Shown: positions 9,240-17,797, counted from the stretch's first letter. The stretch is 32,000 nucleotides of DNA from Candidatus Heimdallarchaeota archaeon (GCA_030149205.1 JASBSB010000004.1:210001-242000); one strand, 5' to 3'. The notes: generated from the sequence alone by a model not told the origin. Numbers and translations are program-made.

Positions 9240-10550
9240 CTAAACATCCCTCGTATCTTTAATTATGCTATTTAACAAATTGTTAAGAATTTTTTCAATA
9301 TCCTTAAATTGATCATTCATCTCTTTGCTACCAGATTTACTCAGGTCTTTTGCTTGATCTGTTAGTTTCTTTAGATTCGAAATAAACCGTTGGGTATTTA
9401 GATTTGATTGCTCATTATAATGAGTTTTTGTTTCGTTTAAAATTTTCTTAAAATCAGTTGAAAGAATATTAATTTGTGTTTCAACTAAGGATTTGTTTTC
9501 GTTTCCCAACTTCTCAATTTCAGACCTTAATGTTGCAAATGACTTTATGGCATCTTTCCTGTTGTTTTGGAGTTGACTATTTATAATCTGAAGAGTGTTC
9601 TGAATTTGTTTGGATTGTTCTTCTGTCAAAGAATCAATATTTGAATATAAATTCTGTTTTAAAACCTCTACTTCACCCCTTATTTCTCCAAGAGTTGACC
9701 TTGTTTTATTAAGGTGTGTATCCAACAAATGAACCATTTGTTTGTTGTAGGCATCTATAATATTTTTAAGAGTTCCTTCAAGTTCTCCTTCAAATGAAAG
9801 GACAGTGTCTTGAAGTTCCGCAACCTCCAGAGAAAAGTGAGAATCGATTTCACTGTGCAACCTTGCAAGATTTGATTGTAAGTGATTTATTGTATCACTT
9901 ATAATTTCATTTACAGCTTCTTTTGTCCCTGCAACTCCGCTAAATACTTTCTCTACCTTAGACCCTATAGCGTCTTGAAATTCATCCTTCAGATTCACTA
10001 GAGATTCAGACAATACCTCTTCGTTAAGTTCTAATATAGTTTTTAGTTCTGAATTTACCTCGTCATTTTTTGCCGCAATTAGGTCCAAGGATTTGACCGT
10101 AGATTCAGTTCCTAATGATTGTAAGCTTTTTGTGTATTTCTCAAAATTAGAATTTTGAGTGTTGAGATTATCAGTGACTAAAGAATTCAAAGTATCAAGA
10201 GTTAAGACAAGGGTTGATTCTTCTTGATCGATTATCTGCTTACTGTACTCCTCCATGTTTGCAAAATTTGTGTTCAAATCCTCTTCCATATTTTTAATAT
10301 CTGAGGTGCTCTGTTGGTCTAACTGATTTAGGTCTTGAGTAATTTTGTCTGTTGTCTCTTCATTAGATTTTTTTATTGATTTAATAATCTGAGATTCATT
10401 TTCCTCAACATTTTGCCCAAACTGCTGTATTTTTGACTCCATCTTACCCTTTAGGGAACTCAATTCATTGTTAATTTCATTGGTTTTTGCTGAGACCTTT
10501 TCATTTATTGACTTCAATCTATTTTTGTAAATATTCTCTTCTTCTGCCAT
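9240..10550 (-). CDS. Hypothetical all-helical protein, continuous hendecad coiled coil
   Basis: 436 aa split into 39 x 11 + 7 with positions 4 and 8 mostly hydrophobic; no Pro, Trp or Cys; AGGTGA SD upstream; TAG stop abuts the next ATG. Confidence 0.8.
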   Translation of the reverse strand: MAEEENIYKNRLKSINEKVSAKTNEINNELSSLKGKMESKIQQFGQNVEENESQIIKSIKKSNEETTDKITQDLNQLDQQSTSDIKNMEEDLNTNFANMEEYSKQIIDQEESTLVLTLDTLNSLVTDNLNTQNSNFEKYTKSLQSLGTESTVKSLDLIAAKNDEVNSELKTILELNEEVLSESLVNLKDEFQDAIGSKVEKVFSGVAGTKEAVNEIISDTINHLQSNLARLHSEIDSHFSLEVAELQDTVLSFEGELEGTLKNIIDAYNKQMVHLLDTHLNKTRSTLGEIRGEVEVLKQNLYSNIDSLTEEQSKQIQNTLQIINSQLQNNRKDAIKSFATLRSEIEKLGNENKSLVETQINILSTDFKKILNETKTHYNEQSNLNTQRFISNLKKLTDQAKDLSKSGSKEMNDQFKDIEKILNNLLNSIIKDTRDV

Positions 10551-10554
10551 AATC

Positions 10555-10560
10555 TCACCT
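10555..10560 (-). promoter_or_regulatory. Archaeal-type Shine-Dalgarno site (AGGTGA) coupling the STAND gene to the 436-aa gene
   Basis: Minus strand reads AAT TAA GGTGAGATT ATG. Confidence 0.75.
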
Positions 10561-12230
10561 TAATTTGTTATATAATTTTGCTTTTCAAAATAAGCCTTGT
10601 GTACGGGTAACTCTTCGAATGATATAATTGCCTGGTTTCTGGTCTGTTGAGCAGATTTCTTTTCATTAGCCTCGAGAAACGATTTTATTGATTTTTGATA
10701 GATTGACCGAGCTGCGTAATGGAACATCTTAAGGTCAATCTGATCCGCATGACGACGGTACCTCCTCCCAGCTTCTCGATAGTTTGCAATTGATCTCCAT
10801 TCAATTCCCGCCTTTTTAAAATACCTCCCTGATTTGTGGTAAATTTCTGCAGCATAATAATTGTGATCTTTCATTGCAAATTTCTTAGCGATTTGTTCTG
10901 AAAGTTCTCCCAACCTCTCATAATTTTGTATCTTTTCTAACCCTGAGGTAGATATATCTAAAAACTCCAAGGATGTATTGATTAAACCATTTTCCAATGC
11001 AATTTCTGAGGTTTTAGCAAATTCTGTGGCTAAACTAAAAATCAAGTTACGATCCGAAATATTTCCCATCGTTCGTTTAATGATATTTACATCCTCTTCA
11101 TAAGGAAGTTGTTTTTCACTTGAAAGTGATTGAACTCTAGACAGGAGGAGTAATATCTCAGTTCTTGGGTCGATTGGTAAAAATACCTGTTTGATTAATT
11201 CCCAGATTGCAGGACTAATAAAACTATAGAATTCACCATCCTGAATTAAAATTAATCCTTCTTGTAGTCTCTTTATAGTTTCGATGTCGCTATGGGCAGT
11301 CAAGTCTGACTTTTTAAAATGATTTACTTCTGACTTTGACATTTGTGATAAGAGTTCAACTTCAATGTTAGATAGACCAAACGCTATCTGCAACATTCCA
11401 GAAGTGATCTTGGTAAAATCAAGGTTATGAGAGAGCAGATATTGTCGTAATTTAATGTCAAATGGGAGTCGTGTTGAAACACTTAGAATTTGTTCTCTTT
11501 GTGTTTTTATTAATTTTCCAATACGACGCATCATAAGTTCAGCATCCTTGAAATCAAAAGCACTGATCGTTATTTCTTTGCAGATCCCCTCTGGACATTT
11601 AATCAAATGTTGTGTAGATTTTAAACCGGTGGTCACAAAAAATAAATTATATCCTCGTTTGTGCGATTCTGTAATTATACTCCTTATAAGATCGAAAACA
11701 GAGTATTGTTCATAATATGAAATTCTTTCTAGATTGTCAAGAAACACTCCAATTTTTTGTCTTTCCTGTTTAAATTTGGAATTCACCTTATCCAAATTTT
11801 CAAAAAAAAGTGTAAGAAATTCGTTCCTATTTTGTTCTGAAATTTCCTTTTTGAAAAACAGTTTGCTTTGTGCTAATGAAACCTCTCCAATGCTGGTTCC
11901 AGTTTTTTTCTGAATAAAACTTCTCCATTCAGGAGAAAGGTTATCTAGCTTTTCCTTAAAGCCATTAAAAAGTGAAACCATGTTATCAGGGTTAATTGGA
12001 ACCTCCAAGCTAAAGACTATCGCTCCCCTCGTCATTGCTGTTTCCATAAATTTTCTCATTAATGATGATTTACCCGAGCCTGCAACTCCAGAAATATGAA
12101 ACCAGTTAGGAGCGGGTTGGTCATTAATTATCTCTTTGATAGTCTCATCAAATAGGTTTAATTCATCAACTCTTCCAACAAAATCATTGGGGTTAACCAG
12201 TGAGATTACTTCTTCAAATGAGATTTCCAT
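10560..12230 (-). CDS. STAND-class P-loop ATPase (AAA_16-like) with winged helix and C-terminal TPR/SNAP-like repeats
   Basis: FVGRVDEL pre-Walker motif, Walker A GVAGSGKS (12066-12089), Walker B VFLDNL, sensor FFVTTG, degenerate GxP (STRLPF), wHTH-like IKRLQEGLILIQDGEFYSFISP, helical repeats AAEIYHKSGRYFKKAG/ANYREAGRRY. Confidence 0.8.
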   Translation of the reverse strand: MEISFEEVISLVNPNDFVGRVDELNLFDETIKEIINDQPAPNWFHISGVAGSGKSSLMRKFMETAMTRGAIVFSLEVPINPDNMVSLFNGFKEKLDNLSPEWRSFIQKKTGTSIGEVSLAQSKLFFKKEISEQNRNEFLTLFFENLDKVNSKFKQERQKIGVFLDNLERISYYEQYSVFDLIRSIITESHKRGYNLFFVTTGLKSTQHLIKCPEGICKEITISAFDFKDAELMMRRIGKLIKTQREQILSVSTRLPFDIKLRQYLLSHNLDFTKITSGMLQIAFGLSNIEVELLSQMSKSEVNHFKKSDLTAHSDIETIKRLQEGLILIQDGEFYSFISPAIWELIKQVFLPIDPRTEILLLLSRVQSLSSEKQLPYEEDVNIIKRTMGNISDRNLIFSLATEFAKTSEIALENGLINTSLEFLDISTSGLEKIQNYERLGELSEQIAKKFAMKDHNYYAAEIYHKSGRYFKKAGIEWRSIANYREAGRRYRRHADQIDLKMFHYAARSIYQKSIKSFLEANEKKSAQQTRNQAIISFEELPVHKAYFEKQNYITN

Positions 12231-12268
12231 GTTATCCTAACCTTGTTCAAATTAGTTTAAGCGGTAAC

Positions 12269-12276
12269 CTATAAAA
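12269..12276 (-). promoter_or_regulatory. Putative TATA box for the STAND / coiled-coil operon
   Basis: TTTTATAG 38 nt upstream of the ATG at 12230, leaving room for a short leader containing AGGTTAGGA. Confidence 0.4.
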
Positions 12277-12291
12277 TTCTAACCTTCTAGT

Positions 12292-12300
12292 AAAAAGAAA
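12292..12300 (-). terminator. Putative archaeal oligo-U terminator after the CPBP-like gene
   Basis: TTTCTTTTT on the minus strand, 14 nt downstream of the stop at 12315. Confidence 0.4.
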
Positions 12301-12314
12301 TTGTTCGCTATTTG

Positions 12315-14528
12315 TTAGATGTTTATTGTAAGTGAGTCTCTCACCCCAGCTAATGGATAGTTTGGATCTATCTTGAGTATTGATTTTATACCAATCTTTA
12401 CTAAGTCCTTATACGGGTGCTCTTCTATTGTTGTGACCATTCGGTTCAAAGAGTTTATGCTTTCTAGCTCACCCAAAGCCCATAATGCTGAAATTTTAAC
12501 TTGGATGTTCGGATGAGACAAGAGGTCTCTAATGGTACCTTCAGAAAATTTATAATGTTTTAACCCTAATCCAATGACCAATCCACAGATTGATCCTTCA
12601 GTTAATTTCTCTTCCTTCAATTTATTAAGTAACTCTTCATCTGTGTAGTATTCAAGTTTGCTTGATAGCAAAATAGAACCCAACTTAACCATCTCATGAG
12701 GGTGATTCTCTAATTCCTTATATATTTTTGAAAATTGATCCTGTGAGCGAAAAATCACCCACCTAAATGTCTCCTTTCTACCTTTGTATCCTATACCGAC
12801 TGCATAATCTGAGTCTATCTCTTCCAAGTCCTCAGGAAATACCACTAAAAGAAAAGGAAGAAAAAGTGGAAGTGTTCGCCAACTAAAATGTGAAATTGCT
12901 GCCTGACTTCCAATAATATAAAACATAGAAATCCCGAGTAAATACAAACTTGAAATTACCCGTGGCCTCCAGGAGCGGGAGAAAAAATATCCATAGAGTT
13001 GAGCTCTTCTCATAAAGAAGAAGGCAAATGAAAATGCTACAGCTGGACCTACAACAAATAAAAGTATATAATAAAGAACATTTAATGATGTTAGCTGTTC
13101 AATTTGTCTGTATACAGCATAAATGAATAGTAGATATAAATAAAGAAGACCAAAAATTAACCCGAACATTCTTGGATTTGAAAACCTGTTTGATTTGACT
13201 GTAAGGAGTTTACTTTCCTCTAAATAGTCAAGGTCTGGTTTCACAACCAGAGGGTAAAGATGATTCAAATTAAAGGTCTCTTCTTTAATAGTTAATTGTA
13301 TTAACGGATCTGGATCTGGGAAATATTTAAACAGAATTGGTAAGACAAACCTAAGAATCACAATTGCAATAATAAATCCGAGAACTAATCCTATTATGGA
13401 AGTGGAGACAATGCTTGATGTTGCTGAATTTATTAGGCTGAATATTAATGCAATCACAAAGAAGGCAAGGATTATTAAGAATAATGATTTATATTCCCGT
13501 CTAATACCAATATATGCTGATTTAAAGAATTCTATGGTATCCTGATACCCCAAAATCAATGATACAGGAGAAAGTATTAAAAGAGCAATCCCCAGAAAAT
13601 TCAAAAATGTAAAGGTCTGTGAGGTAAAGAAGGCCCCACTTGAAAGAAATGGAATATAGCTATCAACAAATAAGGTTAATAGCTCTTTAGAAACATCTTG
13701 GAAGAGTGAATTTGGCTGTAAAAGTGGAACTAAAACCGCAAAAAGTAAAACTGACCAGAAATTTTTTGTCTTTAAGAGTATAAACCCAGCAATTATTCCA
13801 TAAGTAAAATTCAATACAAAAACCAAAGAAACTGATCCCCAAGCAGAAGGTGAGAATATTCCCATAATGTTTACAAATGAAATTGCTTGAATTATTGCCA
13901 CAACCAAAATTGAGACACCTAATCCAAGTTTGTTTATTCTCGAATAATTTAATAATACGCCCCTAAGTAATATTTCTACTGCAATATAACTTAATATGAA
14001 AGAAATAAAAATTATGATTCGTTCACCTATTAAATTCGTAGCAGGTTTAATCTGAGTATAAACGCTAATAGTAAAGCTATCTATTGAAAATTGATTACTA
14101 TTGAACAGAAATATAGTTTGCTGACCAAAAATTGAGACTAAAGATTGAGTGAAAATAAATTGGAACAGCAAATACAAACCAACACCCATGAAGGTTAAAT
14201 AGAGAGTAAATAACTTCGATTTCCTTCCAAGGATAGGGCTATAGTTCATTTTTTCTTGACTCATTTTATTCATCGATGCAAGAATAGTCAAAAATGGAAT
14301 TAAAAATGCTATTGCAAGTGAAGAATTAATAATGAATCGGTATTGACCAGGGAAACCCCCGTTAATTATATCTCCAACATTTCCAAGAAGAGCTCCAAGT
14401 ACATTATTTCCAAAGATAAAGCCCATGATTAGACCAATTAAATAAGCTGGGAATAGGATTCCGTAATAGAAATTCAAAAATTGAGGTCCATTTATCTTAT
14501 TAATCCAATTTTCTGACAATTTACTCAT
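12315..14528 (-). CDS. Polytopic membrane protein with degenerate CPBP (CAAX protease-like) domain and C-terminal HEAT repeats
   Basis: Many TM helices; VEILLRG and GIIAGFILLKTKNFWSV resemble CPBP segments; HEAT-like LLSHPNIQVKISALWALGEL. Start reassigned from 14555 to ATG 14528 because GGAGGGTGA SD lies just upstream. Confidence 0.65.
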   Translation of the reverse strand: MSKLSENWINKINGPQFLNFYYGILFPAYLIGLIMGFIFGNNVLGALLGNVGDIINGGFPGQYRFIINSSLAIAFLIPFLTILASMNKMSQEKMNYSPILGRKSKLFTLYLTFMGVGLYLLFQFIFTQSLVSIFGQQTIFLFNSNQFSIDSFTISVYTQIKPATNLIGERIIIFISFILSYIAVEILLRGVLLNYSRINKLGLGVSILVVAIIQAISFVNIMGIFSPSAWGSVSLVFVLNFTYGIIAGFILLKTKNFWSVLLFAVLVPLLQPNSLFQDVSKELLTLFVDSYIPFLSSGAFFTSQTFTFLNFLGIALLILSPVSLILGYQDTIEFFKSAYIGIRREYKSLFLIILAFFVIALIFSLINSATSSIVSTSIIGLVLGFIIAIVILRFVLPILFKYFPDPDPLIQLTIKEETFNLNHLYPLVVKPDLDYLEESKLLTVKSNRFSNPRMFGLIFGLLYLYLLFIYAVYRQIEQLTSLNVLYYILLFVVGPAVAFSFAFFFMRRAQLYGYFFSRSWRPRVISSLYLLGISMFYIIGSQAAISHFSWRTLPLFLPFLLVVFPEDLEEIDSDYAVGIGYKGRKETFRWVIFRSQDQFSKIYKELENHPHEMVKLGSILLSSKLEYYTDEELLNKLKEEKLTEGSICGLVIGLGLKHYKFSEGTIRDLLSHPNIQVKISALWALGELESINSLNRMVTTIEEHPYKDLVKIGIKSILKIDPNYPLAGVRDSLTINI

Positions 14529-14529
14529 C

Positions 14530-16344
14530 TTAGTTTTCACCCTCCTGTTCCTCAATAGTCAAGATCATGTCAACTCGACCCTCTTCCTCTGTTTGTTTCT
14601 CTTTATACTTTCTATAAAAATATCGACCTGTTAGAACAGCTATAATTGTGAGAACTAGATAGAATGTACCTCTTAATCGTAAATTCTGCACCACAGGAAC
14701 ATTAATTGAAAGGTTGTTATCGTTCTTTGTGATCTCGTTTACCTGGTTGTTAATGTCAACTGAAACAACAACAGAGAGAGTTTTAGTATCAAACGGTAGA
14801 AATTGATTGAATTTTAGTTCTATCGTATTATTAACGGGAAGAAATGTTACTGTATTTTTTGCGACTTCTTTTCCATCAATTGTAACAGTATAAACGAATT
14901 CTCCAGCTGGAAGTGAACCATTTGAAACTATTTTAACTATAATTGTTTGAGAAGAAAACTCTTCAGGGGGCTTTGGAAAGAAAGTAATTGAATTAACTGC
15001 TAAATCGATAAACCTGTACCATGTAGATTTTACTCCAGTCACATTTCTAAACAATGTTTGTGAGTTTAAGGGGAGCGGTAAGTATGCCATACTCGGTGAC
15101 ATTGGGTTCCCGATTTTCCCAGGTGAAGTCCCTATACCAAATAGAGAATGATTTGCTACAAGTACAGAAGGAACAACTTCTGTTAAAATTTCATGTGTGT
15201 CGTATTTTGAATAGACGGGAATGTCTCGATATGCCACTCTGTATTGATTTGTATCAAAATGAAGTAAAGTCATGTTAGTTTGTTGATTTATTACGGAAAA
15301 TGATTCACTAAATCCTGAAGAGTAAGCAAAGAGCTCCCCGGCTCGCATCTCTGGTGCAGCCATTAGTTCAACAGAAGATGACCTCAATATTCCACCATAA
15401 GCAATATTGATTTCAACAGAAACCGAAATATCCCCTCTTAAGCTTTTGATACCACGAATTGATGAAGTCAACGGCAACACGGTATCACCGAAAATCGCGA
15501 GCTTTTTAATTTGATTGTTAACATATTGAATCTGAAGTTCCGTAGGATGATCTGTAAATATACGAATTTTAGATAAATCGACTTGATTGTTGTTTAAGTT
15601 ATATAGGTTTCCACTAAAAATATAATCTTTACCTCTCAGAAACTTTGGAACCGCCATGCTTGCTTTATAACCACCAATTGTTGTATAAAATGCCCCTATG
15701 GTTGACCTAGATGTGTTAATATAAGCTCCGCTTGTTACTGAAAACATTTTCATAGTGTTTGGGATAAATATCCTTCCTGATTTTACTGTTCCATTTCTGT
15801 GTCTAATGTTAACCTGGGTATCCTGTGTTTTTGTAAATATAGCTATGAACCCATCAAATGGAGCGCGGTACTCATAACCTGCCATTCTAATTGGTAAGAT
15901 TGTATAACTAAAAGAATGATCCCAAGAGATATCCTGAGTGTTTCTCTGTACGATAACTTGGACTGGAGAAGTTGTTCTAATTAACGAACCATTAGTCAAC
16001 CCTCTTGCATTGTCAGGGTCCAAAATAATAGTTTGTGGGGTTCGAATCTGAGATTGTGTAACTCCAGCTTTATCTTGAGCAAAGGTTGTAATGAGAACCG
16101 ATGGTTGAATAAAGGTAATTTGGATAATGGATTTTCCGTCAGCATGACTAGAGTTAAAGATTAAGGGAACATAATAATCAAAAAATTGAGGTGACCCCCC
16201 ACCTCCTCCTCCTCCTCCTGCAGGAGGTGTCCCAGGATCTCCCTCAGAAGAATCGGCCATTACTGAATTTGGATTTCCTAGGCTTATAATAAATAAGATT
16301 ACCAAGCAAATTCCAAAAGTTTTCTTGGTAATATTTCTAACCAC
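14530..16344 (-). CDS. Type I membrane surface protein: signal peptide, Gly-rich linker, IgGFc-binding-like beta region, CARDB/Ig-like domain, C-terminal TM
   Basis: Signal KKTFGICLVILFIISLG; YTILPIRMAGYEY...IAIFTKTQDTQVNI; CARDB-like DLAVNSITF...NNQVNEITKNDNN; TM FYLVLTIIAVLTG then RYFYRKYKEK. Confidence 0.65.
   Translation of the reverse strand: MVRNITKKTFGICLVILFIISLGNPNSVMADSSEGDPGTPPAGGGGGGGGSPQFFDYYVPLIFNSSHADGKSIIQITFIQPSVLITTFAQDKAGVTQSQIRTPQTIILDPDNARGLTNGSLIRTTSPVQVIVQRNTQDISWDHSFSYTILPIRMAGYEYRAPFDGFIAIFTKTQDTQVNIRHRNGTVKSGRIFIPNTMKMFSVTSGAYINTSRSTIGAFYTTIGGYKASMAVPKFLRGKDYIFSGNLYNLNNNQVDLSKIRIFTDHPTELQIQYVNNQIKKLAIFGDTVLPLTSSIRGIKSLRGDISVSVEINIAYGGILRSSSVELMAAPEMRAGELFAYSSGFSESFSVINQQTNMTLLHFDTNQYRVAYRDIPVYSKYDTHEILTEVVPSVLVANHSLFGIGTSPGKIGNPMSPSMAYLPLPLNSQTLFRNVTGVKSTWYRFIDLAVNSITFFPKPPEEFSSQTIIVKIVSNGSLPAGEFVYTVTIDGKEVAKNTVTFLPVNNTIELKFNQFLPFDTKTLSVVVSVDINNQVNEITKNDNNLSINVPVVQNLRLRGTFYLVLTIIAVLTGRYFYRKYKEKQTEEEGRVDMILTIEEQEGEN
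16202..16219 (-). repeat. (AGG)6 trinucleotide microsatellite within a Gly8-encoding run
   Basis: Plus strand shows CCT six times; encodes part of PPAGGGGGGGGSP. Confidence 0.9.
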
Positions 16345-16695
16345 AATTCTTAATTCATTAAAGCATTTATCAAACTACTGTTTAAAGGCATAAGAATTTT
16401 TAATTCTTTTAACTTAACTTTTCAGACCTTTAATCAACTGTTTCAAAAGAATTAATCTTACAAATTGGATTCTGGTTAATCATTGGGAAAAAAGATCCAA
16501 AGTTGTAAGAATGTAAAGGTAATAAACTCCATTCTGGCTATCAATAGAACCAGCTTTACCATTGTCTAAACAATTTTAGGGATAGTATATAAAATAACTG
16601 AAGACAAAAAACAATATGAGTGAATGCCAAGATCAATTAACCCTCAAAAATGTTTTAACAAATATTTATCAAAAAGGGTTTTAGCTTAACTCAAA

Positions 16696-16703
16696 TTTAT
16701 ATT
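16696..16703 (+). promoter_or_regulatory. Putative TATA box of the oxidoreductase gene (leaderless)
   Basis: TTTATATT, 22 nt before ATG 16726. Confidence 0.6.
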
Positions 16704-16725
16704 AACAAAATTGAAAAAAAGATAG

Positions 16726-17736
16726 ATGCGAGCCGTTGTCTTAAAAAAAACAGGTAATGCTGATGTATTAAAAATCACCAATGTTGAAAAGCCTAAAATC
16801 AAAGAACATGATGTTTTAATTCGTGTAGCATATTCTGGAATAAATTATGCAGATCTACTTTCTAGACAAGGATTATATTCTTGGTCACCGAAACGACCTT
16901 ATATTCTAGGCTTAGAGGTTTCAGGCACAATTGAACAGGTTGGTGCATCGGTAAAATCCTTCATACCTGGTGATGAAGTAGTAGTGGGTACTCAGAGTGG
17001 AGGGTATGCAGAATATATTGCAATGAATGAAAACTTTGTCCTGAGAAAGCCAAACCATCTAAATATGAAAGAGGCAGCAACTTACCCCGTCAATTTTTTC
17101 ACTGCTTGGGTCACCATTGTAGAGATGGGAAGATTAAAAGAAGGAGAAAAAATACTCGTTCAGTCTGCTGCAGGAGGAGTAGGCACCGCCGCGGTAACGA
17201 TTGGCTCAAAGCTAGGGCACAAGGTATTTGGAACAACTGGAAGTCCACATAAAGAACAAATCATTAAGAAGTTGGGGGGAATTCCACTTTCATATGATAA
17301 TTTTGATGATAAACTAAGGGAAACTGAGACGTTCCCTGAATTTATACTTGAAATGATGGGAGGAGAGGTATTTAATAGATCTTTAGATATTTTGTCTCCC
17401 TTGGGTAAATTGGTGTCAATCGGTGCAACTTCAATACAAGTCAACAAATTTAACCCAATTAGCGTTTACAACGCTCTTAAATCAATCCCTTCTGTTAAAT
17501 ATAAAAATCTTCTTAGAAGTGGAAAAGGGTTCTTTGCGGTTCATGTCGGATATTTGTTAAATAAACCTGATGTATTAAGACCGATGTGGGAACAAATGAA
17601 TGAATTCACAGAAAAACATAAATTACGTCCAATTATAGAAGATTCTGCTGTATTTAGTCTAGAGACAGCTTCAGAGGCACATAAGTACATACACTCTAGA
17701 AAAAATATAGGGAAGGTTCTGTTAAAAGTTAATTAA
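16726..17736 (+). CDS. MDR superfamily NADPH:quinone oxidoreductase-like protein (zeta-crystallin / VAT-1-like)
   Basis: GINYADLLSRQGLY, GLEVSG, nucleotide-binding LVQSAAGGVG, C-terminal SRKNIGKVLL; no catalytic Zn motif. Confidence 0.88.
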   Translation: MRAVVLKKTGNADVLKITNVEKPKIKEHDVLIRVAYSGINYADLLSRQGLYSWSPKRPYILGLEVSGTIEQVGASVKSFIPGDEVVVGTQSGGYAEYIAMNENFVLRKPNHLNMKEAATYPVNFFTAWVTIVEMGRLKEGEKILVQSAAGGVGTAAVTIGSKLGHKVFGTTGSPHKEQIIKKLGGIPLSYDNFDDKLRETETFPEFILEMMGGEVFNRSLDILSPLGKLVSIGATSIQVNKFNPISVYNALKSIPSVKYKNLLRSGKGFFAVHVGYLLNKPDVLRPMWEQMNEFTEKHKLRPIIEDSAVFSLETASEAHKYIHSRKNIGKVLLKVN

Positions 17737-17797
17737 CATGATTGAACTTTTTATCAAGGGACTTTCGAAACTAAATAATTTAATATTAAAACAGAAA

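Noticed and set aside
4803-10550. Phage tape-measure proteins (also 11-residue repeats)
   Set aside because: No capsid, tail, terminase or integrase genes nearby, no TM segments, and housekeeping map follows directly
14529-14555. Upstream start for the CPBP-like gene given by the ORF track
   Set aside because: Overlaps the CARDB gene; the SD position points to ATG 14528
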